Positions 1 through 14,646 of a DNA stretch of 64,000 nt are shown here, piece after piece. A program made the position numbers and the translations under genes. Positions within the stretch are counted from its first letter, which is position 1. Each line of letters starts with the position of its first letter. The notes under the pieces are model-generated. The model searched no databases. It was not told the DNA's origin and was given only the letters and a program-made list of their open reading frames with translations. Origin of the DNA: the human T2T-CHM13v2.0 reference genome, Homo sapiens; assembly GCF_009914755.1 (NCBI RefSeq), contig NC_060940.1. The stretch is one strand, 5' to 3'.

Positions 1-13
1 TCCAAAGACATAT

Positions 14-143
14 TATATTACACCTAACAGTATGCCCCACTAATGAATGAGGAAATAGGCTCAGAGAGGTTAAGTAACTATATTACACCTAACAGTATGC
101 CCCACTAACGAATGAGGAAATAGGCTCAGAGAAGTTAAGTAAC
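14..143. repeat. 65-bp tandem duplication (2 copies) within a MIR remnant
   Basis: tatattacacctaacagtatgcccc...ttaagtaac at 14-78 and 79-143, with 2 mismatches. The unit contains the antisense MIR core gaggaaa..aggctcagagaggttaagtaacttg. Confidence 0.9.
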
Positions 144-1270
144 TTGACGTCAGTTATCCAGCTACTAAGTAAAGAGGCAGGCTCTATGCAAGACTGATTC
201 TTTAACCACTAAGTTCTACTACAATGTATTCTATTATTTTATGATTTCTTTATTTAATTATTAACAAGACCATCTATTTCTGAGACTCTAAATGTCTAGA
301 GTCTATTATTTCATGCCCTGGACTCCTAGGTTGACCTCCTTCCGTCTCCGAAATGTCCAATGGGAAAAAACTTGTGGTATCTCCTGGACCCACCCCCTGC
401 ATCCTGGCCAAGAACATCTCTACCTATCCCATTGCCCACATTTCCTGGGTACACACTGTCTGAGACACCCCTGGTCAGTGTTTGGCAAAATGTAGCCCAT
501 GGATTCTACCATCAAAATCAGCTAAAGATTAAAGAATCACACTAGGATGTGGGCTGAGAGTTCTGTCTTGTTAACAAGCACCCCAGGTGGCCCGATGGGC
601 CTCTGATCTGCATAGTGGTGGATGAACCTCGAGTGGCCAGACTCTAAGCTCAACAGGAGGGCTTAGGACACCTGCTGTTGGCCAAGAGTAAATCACATCC
701 CAGTAACAGGTGCACACATTTCCTGCAAGATTTAATCTGGATTCCCATTCAATCTCCTCATCTAGTTCAGCTCTTTTTTCCCCATCCAGAAGCTCAAAGA
801 TGTGTACTTATTGGAGGGCGAGTAGGAGAACTAGGAGGCTAACTTGCATGTCCCAGCTGCCTGAAGATGATTTAGAAGTTCAGGTTTGGAAGCACCTGAG
901 TAGTAGCATGTACCGTGGTGTGCAAGAGAATTCTGTCCCCAAACATGAGCATGCAGTCAAGAATCTGTACACATTGGAGAAATGTGTACAGAAGGAAAGA
1001 AAGACTATCTTAAGTGAAAGAAAGAACCGTTGAGGGCTGGGCCTTTCCACCGTGGCTGTCTCCTGGCGCAGCCACTTGCAACCTTGGTATTAGAAAATTC
1101 TTTCTTTTTTGAACCCATTTCCTTCTGCAAGTAACTTTTGAAAGTTGCCTTCTAAACTAAAAGGTCTTAATCTTCTCCATAATTCATTCTTTCTCCTCCT
1201 TTCCATGCCTCCTCTCCCCACCCTCAGTGGGACTTGTTTTGTCTTTACTCTGGGATCAGAGTAAGAAATG

Positions 1271-1571
1271 AGCCAGGCACAGTGGCTCACACCTATAGTC
1301 CCAGCACTTTGGGAGGCAGAGCCTGGCAGTCGCTTGAGCTCAGGAGTTTGAGACCAGCTTGGGCAACATGATGAAGCCCTGTATCTATAAAAAATACAAA
1401 AATTGGGTGTGATGGCATGCATCTGTGGTCCCAGCTACTCAGGAAGCTGAGGTAGGAGGTTTGCTTGAGCCCAGGATGTTGAAGCTGCAGTGAGCCATGA
1501 TCGTGTCACTGCACTCCAGCCTGAGCAACATAGTGAGTCCCTTTCTCAAAAAAAAAAAAAAAAAAAAAAAA
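1271..1571 (+). mobile_element. Alu SINE, AluJ-like, full length
   Basis: Two arms, A-rich linker, J-type gcttgagcccagga motifs and a 24-nt poly(A) tail (1548-1571). Confidence 0.93.
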
Positions 1572-1795
1572 GGAATGGAGTCTAATGGGCCTCTACTGAT
1601 TATATGGCAGAGGTCCCCTCTATTGGCATAATTTTCTTCATTAAATGTTAAGTTGGGGCAGGGGGAAAAGGAGGACCAATGGCCTGAGTCCTTGGGCAAG
1701 TCACCAAATGTCTCTGAGACTCAGCATTCTCCTGGTAGGTTGCAATGTGCCTCTTTTATAAATTCTATGGTTTTCTCACCTGGCTGCTGTGGGGA

Positions 1796-2208
1796 TGTGT
1801 TAGCCCATTCTTGCAGCACTATAAAGAAATACCTGAGACTGGGTAATTTATAAAGAAAAGATGTTTAAACGGCTCATGGTTCTGCAGGCTTTATAGGAAG
1901 CATGGTGCTGGCATCTATCTACTCAGCTTCTAGGGAGGCCTCAGGAAGCTTACAATCATGTTGGAAGGCAAAGGGGCAGCAGGCACGTCACATGGCAAAA
2001 GCAGGAGCAAGAGAGAATGAATGAAGGAGAAGGTGCCCACACACTCATGTGAACTCAGAGCAAGAGCCCACTCCTCACCAAGGAGATGGCCCAAGCTGTT
2101 CATGAGAGATTTGTCCCCATGATCCAATCACCTCCCACCAGGCCCCACCTCAAAATTGGGGATTACATGTCAACAAGAGACTTGGGTGCAGACAAATATC
2201 CAAAAATC
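1796..2208 (-). mobile_element. MaLR solo LTR (MSTA/MSTB-like)
   Basis: tgtgttagcccattcttgc...ataaagaaatacctgagactgggtaatttataaagaaaag...caatcacctcccaccaggcccc are hallmark MST LTR segments. Confidence 0.85.
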
Positions 2209-2339
2209 CAAATTTTGGTTGATAGCAAGAGTTGGAGAGTTGTTAAAGACAAGTTAGCACCAAACAGAGACTTCTTTTTTGTAATCAGAGGATTGGAGGA
2301 GACTTGAAAAGGGAATAATTTAGGTTATTCTGAGATTCA

Positions 2340-2484
2340 GCATTATTTAATGTCAAGACCAGCTCACATTGTCAGTGGCAAATTGTTAGTAGACCAACTA
2401 AACCCCATCTTTAGGCATGGGCCCAGCAGTATTTTTTAAAGCTCCCAAGTGATTCTGATGTGCACCTAAGGTTGAGAACCAGTG
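2340..2484. mobile_element. MER5A-like hAT-Charlie MITE remnant
   Basis: ttttaaagctcccaagtgattctgatgtgcacctaaggttgagaaccagtg matches the MER5A end. Confidence 0.7.
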
Positions 2485-2885
2485 AACTACAACCAGGCTG
2501 TTTCTCTTTCCAGGCTCAGCATTTTCAAGAAGCTGTGGATGGGCAGAGGGGTGGAGAGGAAATTGGAAGACTGAAAGTCTAAAAGCCTGTGGCTTCTCCC
2601 TTAGCCCTATGCATTCCATGTTCCCCCCATGGTAAAATGGGGTCTAATATTCACAATTTACAACATGGCTTGTGAGGAGCTCAAAACTGAACGTAACCCT
2701 GGACATTCAAGGCCTGTGTTTAGCCAGGAGAGGCATTTTTCAGCTCTGTCACCTATCTCAGGTGATGGGAGGAGACTCCCCCACACAGGAGATCCTCAGC
2801 ACATAAGCCAACAAATTCAGCCCTGGGGCTATTCAGAGGTGGCTTTGAGCAGAGGTAGAGGTGTTCTGGAAGTATTTCTTGAAGT

Positions 2886-3335
2886 TCCAGTTATTTATTG
2901 CAATGGAAAATCACCCCTAAGCATAATGGCTGAAAGAACCTACAATAATCATTGGCATTTCTAAAGAATCTGTAATTTGGGTAGGGCTCAGTAGGAGGGA
3001 TTTGTTTCTGCTCCATGTGCTATTAGAAGAGGTGGCTCTATTGGAGCTAGAGGATCCATTTCCAAGGAGGATCCTGGTTTCACCCCCTACAAGGCTTTCC
3101 TTGGATTACTTGAGTTTTCTCATGTGATGGCAGGCTGTGTTTCAACAGCAAGTATCCCCAAAGGTCGAGATGAAAGTTGCAAGGCTTCTTCTGACGCATC
3201 CTCAGAAGTCCCAGAACACCACTTCTATGGTATTCTTTTGGTCAAACAAGTCACTAGAGCCTATCCAGATTCAAGACGAGGGGAATTTGACTCTATTGCT
3301 CCACGGCGGGAGTAGCAAAGAATTTATAGCCATCT
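2886..3335 (-). mobile_element. Old MaLR LTR (MLT1, late-letter subfamily)
   Basis: cagttatttattgc...cacccctaagcataatggct, gaagtcccagaacaccacttc...ttggtcaaacaagtcactagagc, gattcaagacgagggg. Strongly diverged. Confidence 0.6.
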
Positions 3336-3422
3336 TTACCAGATTTGGATTACTGGTGAAAGTCAAGTTTTGAATGCACTTCCAGACTTTACTCTCCCAT
3401 TCAACATGGGATCACAATACAA

Positions 3423-3818
3423 TGTCTCAACTCAGGCTGTCATAATAAAGCACCACAGGCTGGGTGGCTTAAACAACAAACATTTATTTTCTCACAGTTC
3501 TGGAGCCTGGGAAGTCCCAGATCAAGGTACTAGCTGATTCAGTTCCTGGTAAGGGCTTTCTTCCTGGCTTGTGGACAGCCACTTTGTGGACTGTGGACAG
3601 CTTGTGACAGCTACGTGCTCACATGGAGGAGACACAGAGCCCTGGTGTCTCTGGCTCTTCTTCTAAGGGAGCTGGCTCTATTAGATCACAGCCCTACCTT
3701 GATTACTTCATTTAACCGTTGTCATCTCTTAATAGGCTCTTTCTCCAAATACAGTCACATTAGGGGTTAGGGCTTCAACATACGAATTTTAGGCAGACAC
3801 AAATATCCAGTCCATATT
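3423..3818 (-). mobile_element. MaLR solo LTR (MLT1A-like)
   Basis: gggtggcttaaacaacaaacatttattttctcacagttctggagcctgggaagtcc...ggggttagggcttcaacatacgaatttt. Confidence 0.85.
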
Positions 3819-4120
3819 AGACTGATCTAGAACCCAAATGGAAGAGGCCAGTTAGGAAGCAGGTGACAGGGAAGAGGGCACTGTCTTTCTGGCCAGTGGT
3901 CTAAGCTGGCCCCTCGCCATGGAGGTTGTGGTTGAGGCAGCATCCTTCTGTCCATCCACTTTCCCCCTTCAGTGTCCTGGCCTGGCAAGTGCAGGATCTG
4001 TACCTTCAGTGTGGAAGAAGAGGGCAGTGATATGTGTTCAAGCACTGTTAATTGCCCGACACTTCACATAATTTCATAAAAACTCTCCTCTCTACAAATG
4101 TAGAAAAATGTAGAAACTGA

Positions 4121-4419
<299 letters not shown>

Positions 4420-4569
4420 TGAAACTGAGTTTTAAGTAAGCGAGGTCACTTGTCAAAGGTCCAACAACTGGGAAGTGGCAGAGTTGGGGTTCAAATACGG
4501 ATCTGTGTAAGCCCAAAGCCCATGTGAAGGCAGAAGAAGCACACCCACTCCAAGATGCTGTATAGCAAA

Positions 4570-4810
4570 GTAGTAAACACACAGTCCCTGAATCCAAACC
4601 ACCTGGGTTCGAATCCCAGCTCTGCCATTTACTAGCTGTGCATCCTCAGGCAAGTGGCATATCCTCTCTAGACCTCAGTTTTCTCATCTCTAAAATGGGA
4701 ATAATCATAGTACCTACCTCACAGCACTGCTGTGAAGATTAAACAGTTCATATCTAAAGCACGAGAACTATGTCTGGCCGACAGTAAGGATTACATAAAA
4801 TGTCAGCTGT
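4570..4810 (+). mobile_element. MIR SINE
   Basis: ctgggttcgaatcccagctctgccatttactagctgtg...ctcagttttctcatctctaaaatgggaataat. Confidence 0.9.
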
Positions 4811-5619
4811 AACTGCCTTCCTACTCCTATACTCCAGCCAGTCTTGCCACAGGCCTGCCTCTCCAGCAAGGCCTGAAGTCACTACTGGGTCCCCACCACT
4901 CATGCCAAGTTGAGGTCACAGCTCACACGTGTCCCTCTTACCTAGAGCAAAGACATGGGGTCGTTCACTCCAGTGTCCATTTAGGGAACTACCTCACCAA
5001 GCAAATTTTATGAATTGTTCACACTTCCCCTTATCAAGATTAATGGCACAATTGCCCACCGTCAGTCCTTCTGTGGTCACAGCTAATGACTTCAACCCTC
5101 AACACGTTTCCTCTGCATTTGCTTCAGAAAATCATTCTGAACAGCAAGACTGCTTTAATAGCCACTTGGTACTAATGATGCCTTTTAAGTGCATAAAGAG
5201 AATCTCTAAGTACCAAACGGAAGGCCCATCCACTGGTGACAACAGCTATTGACATTGGCAAGCAACACAAGGTCAGAATAGCTGCGGTACATGGGGACGC
5301 TTACTCGGTCTAACAGTAGGGAATTGTTTTAATATGCTAGAAACTCCTCATTATTCTCTGTTGCTCCTTAAACATACCCAATAGCACTGTTTCCTGAGGC
5401 CTGCTATGTGCAATTTCAGAGCTTACCAGCCTCTGGTAGTTTTCACTTCACCTTCAAGATTTAGGCCAATCCAAACTTGTATTATTTTTACCTCATATTT
5501 TTCTTTAAATAGATCCCCCTTTACATTTTTTAAATAAATGTTCATGAACACCCACTATTTACATCTGTCCTTTTCTTACTGCTTAGCCACCATGACACAC
5601 TCAAATGGTCAGGAGCTTG

Positions 5620-5860
5620 GTAGTGTGATTAGGGATGTGGATAAAGTCAGACCAAGCTGGGACCATGTTCTGGCTTCACCACTTAGTACTTGGGTGGCAG
5701 TGAGCAAGTTCCCTAATCTCTCTGAGCCTCAGTGTCTTCCTATATAAGATACGATAAAACTAGAACTTAGCTCATGGGGTGGTGGTGAAGATGAAATCAG
5801 CTGGTCAATGTTAAGTGTTCATCTCAGGGACTGACACACATACTCAATAAATGTTGGTTA
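5620..5860 (+). mobile_element. MIR SINE
   Basis: gcaagttccctaatctctctgagcctcagtgtcttcc...actcaataaatgttgg. Confidence 0.8.
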
Positions 5861-7860
5861 GGAGTGTATTAACTTCCTCAACTGAGGTGGGGCTCCTTGG
5901 AGAAGTGAAAAACAGCCTCAGCTTGCCATCTACTTTCTTGCTAAGGTCATGACATAGACTATAGTCCCAAGTATCTCCTGTGTCACCTCACTGTGAGGTC
6001 CCAATTTTGTCAGCAAAGGGCTACTCCCCAGATGCTGGAATCTGGGCATGCGGTGTCACTTTCTGACCAAACCATTGTTTTGCTAAGACAATTTTCTCTT
6101 TCTTGAGAAATGTCCTCCTCCCTCACCAAGAATCTGTTCCTTTTCATTATCATCTATTATCTCAATATCAAACTCTCATTGCCCATGGATCCAGATCTAT
6201 TACATGGCGTCCACCATCTTGCCTAGTCCTTGATCATTCATCTAATTAGTTCCCAGAGAGATTCCAACCTTCCATTTCTGAAACACATCGATTCTTGGTC
6301 TCACTTGATGCTCAACTTTGTGTTGATGGTAGTTTGTGTTTGGGTCCCATCTGTGAGGTTAGGGCAGAGCAAAGGTGGGGCTTCCCTCTGGAAGAGGGTT
6401 CCTGAGTGCTGGTTAGAGCCAGGAAGAGCATTGCTGAATGGTGATCTGTAAACTTTCAAGGAGAAGAGGACAGGGGAAAGAACAAGTGGGAGAGAAGCAG
6501 AAGTGGGACCTGGATTGGGGTGAGGAAGTGAAATGAGGACATGAGGATGGATGGGCATTGAGGGAATCAGCTCAGAGCCAACAAAGGGTAAGTTTAAGGA
6601 GCAAGTTATAGAGTAAGCAAGGCTGAAAAGTTCAACTTTTAGTTGCTAATGCTGGGAATTCATTAGACTTTTCTTAATGTACAGCATTTAAGTATTGAAC
6701 ACATGAGGCAGAAGGAGTAGGGCACCATTACATATTTTACAAAACTGAATGCTCAAACATACATTCAAACCGAAGCCCACATACTTCTAATTTGGGGTGT
6801 CTAATTTGACTAGGGGCAAAGGAGAAGCAGCCCCCTGGGAATGGGTGTAGAAGTTTCATTTGCAGTTCCCCACACATTCTCTTCATTGAATTCTTAGCTA
6901 CTGTTCAGCCCCATCATGTAACTGTGACATTTGACATATGACACCCATGAGATTCACTTGACCCTTTTGTGAGGTGCCATTAAATGGCCCAAAGTTAAAA
7001 TGTTAATTATCATTAATCATTTTTTATGAAATGGCTTTGCCAATCCATAAATTCAGCAGAGAGAGGCTTCTTTCATGGATCTGATGGTTTATGGAATACT
7101 GACTGTCAGAGAAGCCACCTGCATTTGGGGATGTTTCTAGAGGTGTAAGTTACAAAGAAAAAAATAAATGCCTGCAAGTGTATGTTAACAAGACAGAGCA
7201 ACTGGGACAAAAAATAAAAAGAAAAGAAATAGAAAAAGGGTAAGTTAGGAGTGAGGTTGAGTCTGTTTTCCTGCAGCAAGCTCAGTGACTGATGCAAAGT
7301 GGTTACCCAAGAAACGTATGTTGAAAAAGTGAATGGATGCGGGAGAGGAGGCGAGGTCAGAAAAGGAAAAGAGGAAAAGGACCTTCAAGGGAAGAGGAGT
7401 TTTACAGAAAATTGGAGAATAACTGAAAGGATGTGAATAAGAAAGGGCCCAAATTTCTGCCTTGAGTTCAAGATCCTGGGAACCTCAATATTTATGTATT
7501 TGTTTATTTTTGGCTAGATATACTAAAACACAATTATCTGTCTCGTTCTTGTTCAAGAAAAAATCTTTTTTAAAAAAATCAATAAGGGAGCTGGAATTAT
7601 TTTTTTAAAACGCAAGCAGGGATATTTTAGGGTAAACTCAGAAGATGGACCTCCTTTTAATCAACAATAAAAATAATCCTTCCATAGGTGCAAAGATGCA
7701 TAGGAGAGTGGATTTCAAAGTCTTTTGCCAAAATGAAAACAGTGGTTATCTCTGGAAGGTAAGAGTATGGGTATTTTAATTGTTCTGGTTCATACATTTC
7801 TAACCTTCCAAATTTTCTGCAAGATTTAGCTTTATAATAAAAATACATAATAAATCTGCA

Positions 7861-7886
7861 TGTGTGTGTGTGTGTGTGTGTGTGTG
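7861..7886. repeat. (TG)13 microsatellite
   Basis: Read directly. Confidence 0.97.
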
Positions 7887-8575
7887 TACAAATATGAATA
7901 ATGGGGGATGAATAAAAAGGATTTCTGCACCCACTGGGGCTGTCCTGTTGGGTGGGTGATAGGAGATGGCCGATTATTTTGGGTCCAGCACTTTTGGCTC
8001 AGGAAGGCACCAGATAGAAGGAACATAAGATGCCCTTCATGCTGACTGCCAGGTTCCGTAACTGAGGTCCTTGCTGGGTGAACAGACGCTGGAGTGCCCT
8101 AAAGATATGCTAGAATAATCCCTGAGTGAGGACACTTGAAAACAAGCACTCTTTCCCTGACATTCAGAGAAATCTCAGAGAAATCTTCAGTGTCCCCTAA
8201 AATGGTTTGCAGAACCTTCCATATGTGTGCAGTATTCTCGAGAGAGTATATCCTTAGTTTTCGTCAAATTCTTAAAGAGGGCATCAGTGATCCCCTAAAA
8301 GGTCCTATTCTTTAAACCAGAAATATCTATTACTATAAAATTTTTTTTCAAAGGGGCACCCCAAACATGGGTGTGTGTTTATTTATAAATTAAAGGCATA
8401 TACTATAACATAATATATATACAATATAAATACATACAAAATATTCATTTTTAAAAAAAGATAGAAAATAAGAAGTTCTAATATTTTTGTCTCATATTCC
8501 AAAGGATCATATCCAAGTCCCCTGGAAAGCACTGGTCTCTTTTTGGGGAAAGTTGCCTCTAGAATCAATGAGGTA

Positions 8576-8720
8576 GCCGGGAGTGGTGGCTCACACCTGT
8601 AATCACTTTGGAACACTTTGGAACTCTGTGGAAAGCCAAGGTGGGAGGATCGCTTGAGGCCGGGAGTTCAAGACCAGCCTGGTCAACATAGAACCTGTCA
8701 CCATTTTTGTAATAAAAAAA
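8576..8720 (+). mobile_element. Alu left monomer / FLAM-like with internal 10-bp triplication
   Basis: gccgggagtggtggctcacacctgtaat...ggatcgcttgaggccgggagttcaagaccagcctgg; single arm only. Confidence 0.85.
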
Positions 8721-9847
8721 CTAATTAGTCAATTAATTAGTAGTGGAACCAATAAGCAGCTTCTTATCACCCCACTCCCCAGCTAAAGTAATCCTTTCTG
8801 TAAGTTGCCAAGTTCCATGAGCAAGACATAAAAACATATGGGCCAAACTCAACATTTATAAAATACTGCAAGTCTACGAAACACTTCACAGAATCGTGAA
8901 GACATAGATATACTTCCTCCAGCCTAGCGTTTCTAGAACCTGCGGCTTGGTGGCTAAAGTACTCAGATCCCTAACGATGCACCACAGCTTCAGCTTTGAA
9001 TTCAAACAGCAGTGATTTCACTCTTAGGGTTCAACACAATCAAACAGATGGGGGTCACAGCATGAACGATCATCTGGAGTCCATTTCCCTTAACTTCACC
9101 CTGAAATGACCCTGGCCCTCACCTTTCTGACATATGCCAGGTCTCTGTTAATTTCAGACCATCAGAGGAGGCACTAACAATTTAGCACCATCCTTCCATT
9201 CATCACTACTAAATGGACACACACAGAGAAAATGCCGGATCAGGCGGATTTGAACCCACCTCTGCTTCGGGACCCCTCTGTACTTAGTGGTTTGGGGTTT
9301 CATTTCCCCTGGGAGGTACTCACACCCCTTCAAGGGCAAGAAAAAGAAAATCCACCTGACCTTCCTCTATTTGTATTTCTGTATAGCTTTTCTTCCCCCA
9401 TATCTTTCATATAAAAGCCCCACACAGACTTTACAAGAAAGGAAAATTATAGGAAAATCTTCCTTGTAAACACTGATGCAAAAGCCCTACATCAATATTA
9501 GGAAATTGAATTCAGTGATATACATGAACCAGAGAGAGAGAGGGAAGGAGGGGAGAGAATCATGTAGAATATTAATAACAGTATTATTCTTTTTGATATA
9601 TACATATACATATATAAAAGCATTTTTTAAAACTTTAAAAAATTATTTACTTTTAATTGACAAATAATAATTTGATATATTTATGGGGTACAACATACAA
9701 CCCCATAAACACACTATTTGTTTTGGTGAGTGTCTGATATATGTTTAAATCATCTCATATAAGGAAGATCTTTTTAATAGACAAAGCTCTTTCAAATTCA
9801 AGGTCTTAGTTGGTTTTCTCCCCAGCCTTGGGATGTAGGAATTGGTG

Positions 9848-10220
9848 TATGTGGTGAAAGCTGGGGTGCATTGTCCAGATGCCCTCCTCAGGACTAAGGC
9901 ACCCCTCTCCACAGTTGCTGGGAGTGTTGACTGCAGATAGCTCTCTCAGGGTCAAGTCCCTCCCCAGGGAAGCCTGCATCCAAAACCTGGTCTATTTGGG
10001 AGCAATTACAAAGGCTTGCCTGCCTTGCCCCAATTAGAGACAACTCTACAAGTCCATCCCAGCTCCCTGTGGAATCAGCTGAGGTCTTTGTTCCAACTGT
10101 GCCCCAAATTCAACTTTTCCCTCTGCAAAGTTCTGCTTCCTTCACCCCTCACAGGTCAGGAGCGCTCACCTGACACACCTCGGAGTCTCAGAGTCTGCTT
10201 CCCGGGGAACCTGTCCTAAA
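9848..10220. mobile_element. ERVL-class solo LTR (LTR16-like)
   Basis: cagttgctgggagtgttgactgcagatagc...ctcagagtctgcttcccggggaacc resembles LTR16 motifs (from memory). Confidence 0.55.
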
Positions 10221-10599
10221 CAGTTTGCCTTTTTTACAGGTGAGGAAGCTGAGGCCCATGGAAGTAAAGCGATTTGCTCAAGCTTCCATAGGTGGTGGAA
10301 TCAGGAGTTAGGATTGCTATTCAGACCTTTTGACTCTATTCTCATGCTCTTCTACAAGAAGGGAGGGTGCATTTCTCTGAGTGGTGCATAGCAGGACCCC
10401 ACCCAGAGCTTCAGATACCCAGAATAGGCATCCACTGTCACTCACATAGAATTTTGAGCACTTTGCTGTCTTAAGATAGGGTTTGGGCTCAGGGCTCACT
10501 CGATCTTTCTTTGTAAATTTTTATTTAATTGCATGTGATACATGAATGCATTCTCCTTATTAAAAAAGTAAAAACACCTCAATCAACACTTAAATTCCA

Positions 10600-11406
<807 letters not shown>

Positions 11407-11679
11407 TATCCATACAAATATGTAGAGATAGCATTATTCTTTGTGTATTTCTTTCATAAATGATGTCAACCTCCTGGGATAATTAAATCTGTTGGTAAAC
11501 AGAAATGTAACTCATCCCTCTCCAGTGCCGTTTGTGATCCAAAGCATGAGTTTCTCATGGTATATTTAGACCCCTCTGTATTGATGTGTATATATTATTC
11601 ATGTATTTTTAGAGTTGTTTATTTATTATATTATATACATTTATATATTTATATACTTGTTTTCAATGTATACTCATTA

Positions 11680-12170
11680 CAATTTTTCCCTTCAAATTTA
11701 ATTTTTATAAGCACTGCAAAATTGAACATCTTAGTATATGCCTTCTTGGGCATACAGGCAAATGTGTTTACTTAGGGTAGATTTGAAAAGTAGGGACATA
11801 GGAATGCACTTTCAAACATTTAATAAGTTACAGTGCTCCTAAAGTGTCCCGATCTAGCTACATTCTCTCCAGCAATATATGAGACTACATATTTTCCCCT
11901 GTCTGCTGGTACTTGATATTCGCTGGTGTTAGATGGGCCAGAAAATGAGTATGCAGGGGTGTCTCAATTTTGTTTTGGTTCCAGTTTCCTCATTCCTAGT
12001 GACATTGAATATGTTTTCCTCTTTCATGAATTACCTGTCCCTATGTCCTTTGCCCATTATTTTTAAACTGGGTACTTGTTTCTCTCATTAATTGGTAGAA
12101 TCTTTTTTGTAGTCTTAATAGGAATCCTCTGCTCTATGTTCTAAATATTTTCTCCCATGCTGTAAGTTGT
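11680..12170 (-). mobile_element. Ancient L1 (L1M) fragment
   Basis: gaacatcttagtatatgcc...cagcaatatatgagac...catgaattacctgtccctatgtcctttgcccatt resembles antisense L1M ORF2/3' sequence. Confidence 0.6.
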
Positions 12171-12171
12171 C

Positions 12172-12537
<366 letters not shown>

Positions 12538-13740
12538 TAAGTATAAGCATCTGTTCTTTGTACATACAGTTATTCATCACCTCCTGGAAGCTCCACACTG
12601 TGCCAGGCACCATGGGCAAAAGAAGAATGAACCAGATGTGGAGCTTGTCCTCAAAGAGCTTGGAATCTGGTGAGAAAGAGGAGCGGAGAGTTGTAAACAG
12701 AGATGATCCACAGTAGAATGTAAAGGAGTGAGGAGAAGGAGAGCCATCCATATAGTTACTGAATGGAAAAAAATGTCCCTGAGGGCTCATAGTGTGAAAA
12801 TGGATAACTAACCATGGATAACCTATATTCATGCTGGAATCGGTTTATGGGTTTACGCAGTGACGTCACATCATAACGAGACCTTGGGGACATAAAGATG
12901 ACATTTAAGCCAACTTATGCTCAAAAATCCCCTATGAAGCCAGCTGCCACCTTGGAAGTGATGTGTTCTAATACATTCCAATAATGCCAAAAATATTTTT
13001 AATAAAGAAACGGATTGCCATTTCTTTGGTTGAGTACTGGATGATGTGGTTGGTTGGGGGCCGATAGTAAGAGAAATAGGTATTTTTAAACTCAACAGTC
13101 CTACTCAGACAGATTGATGAAACCACAAGAGACACAGATAACTCAGGGCAACTGAAAGAAGGGCAGATCCATATCTGCCTGTATCATTTACCCCAGGGAA
13201 CACTCACACGGAGTGGAACAGTTGACGGAATCACATCATCTATGGGTGATGTTCTCGCAAGCTAAAAACTCATATTGGTGCATTTGCATAAATTAAATAT
13301 GTATGACTCTACCTGAATTACAGCTCTGCAAACATATTCTATCCTCATACTCTGCGCCAACTCAAGTAGGCCATAAACTCCTCAGTGTGGGATCCATAGC
13401 AGGTTTGTCCCGGGATCCCCCACTGAATCCAGCGTTGTGCTTGTGCAGGGGGCTGATACAAGACATTGATTAATGGACTGAGTGCGTGGCCAGTGACCCA
13501 TGGGTCAGCTTCTGTTCTGAACTCTAGGGCAGGAGTGGGAGACGTGCTGAGCACTGGATGTTGGCACAAGTCCACACCTCTTTCCGACTGCTGGAGAAAG
13601 GCTTCATGAAAGGGGGCAATGCAGAAAAAGTAACTGTTGTGAGTCAGGAGAATTGGATTCTAATCCCTGATCTGTCACCTCTAACCCCTAGGAGAATCTG
13701 GCCAAGTGCTTTCCTCTTCAAGCCTTCATACATGGAAGGG

Positions 13741-14144
13741 TGTATTAGCTTCCTGGGGCTGCTGTAACAAATTATCACAAACTTGGTGTCTTAGATTTAC
13801 TGTCTCACCATCATGGTGGCCAGAAGTCCAAAATCAAGGTGCTGGCAGGGGCACACTCCTGCAGGACAATCTTCCTCGCCTCCTCCAGCTTCCTTGGCTT
13901 GTGGTAGCATCATTCCAGTCACTGCTTCTGTCTTCAGTAGTCTTCTCCTCCTTCTTCTCTTCTGTCTCTTATAAAAATATCAGTCATTGGATTTATGACC
14001 CAACCTAAATCAGGATTATTTCATCTTGAGATCCTTAACCTAACCACATCTGCAAAGACCTCATTTCCAAATAATGTCACATACACATGTACTGGGGATT
14101 AGGATTTGGGCATGTTTCAGGGAGACAAAATTCACCCCACTATA
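13741..14144 (-). mobile_element. MaLR solo LTR (MLT1C/D-like)
   Basis: tgtattagcttcctggggctgctgtaacaaattatcacaaactt...acatctgcaaagacctcatttccaaataa...aaaattcaccccactata. Confidence 0.85.
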
Positions 14145-14281
14145 ATATATATATATATATATATAAAATTATATATATATGTTACATATAAAATATATAT
14201 TACATATATATTTGTAATATGCATATATATTATGTATAGGGGGTTGAATTTTATCTCCCTGAAACATGCCCAAATCCTAAT

Positions 14282-14646
14282 ATATTATACACACACACAC
14301 ACACCATGGAATACTACTCAGTCATAAAAAGGAACAAAATAATGGCATTCCAGCAACCTGGAAGGAATTGGAGACCATTATTCTAAGTGAAGTAACTGAG
14401 GAATGGAAAATCAAACATCATATGTTCTCATTCATTAGTGGGAGCTAAGCTATGTGGATGCAAAGGCATTAGAATGATAAATGGACTTTGGGAACTTGGG
14501 GAAAGGGTGGGAGGGGTGAGGAATAAAAGACTATACATTCGGTACAGTATACATTGCTCAGGTGACAGGTGCACCAAAATCTCAGAAATCACCACTAAAT
14601 AATTTATTCATGTAAAAAAAAGCTTAAAAATAATAATAAAATAAAT
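14282..14646 (+). mobile_element. 5'-truncated L1 3' end (L1PB-like)
   Basis: caccatggaatactactcag...gctaagctatgtggatgcaaaggcattagaatga...caccaaaatctcagaaatcaccactaaa with an A-rich tail. TSD aaaattcaccccactata (14127-14144) / aaaattcaaccctctaca (14647-14664). Confidence 0.88.

Noticed and set aside
14497-14518. G4-like run ggggaaagggtgggagggg
   Set aside because: It is the ordinary G-rich tract of the L1 3'UTR.
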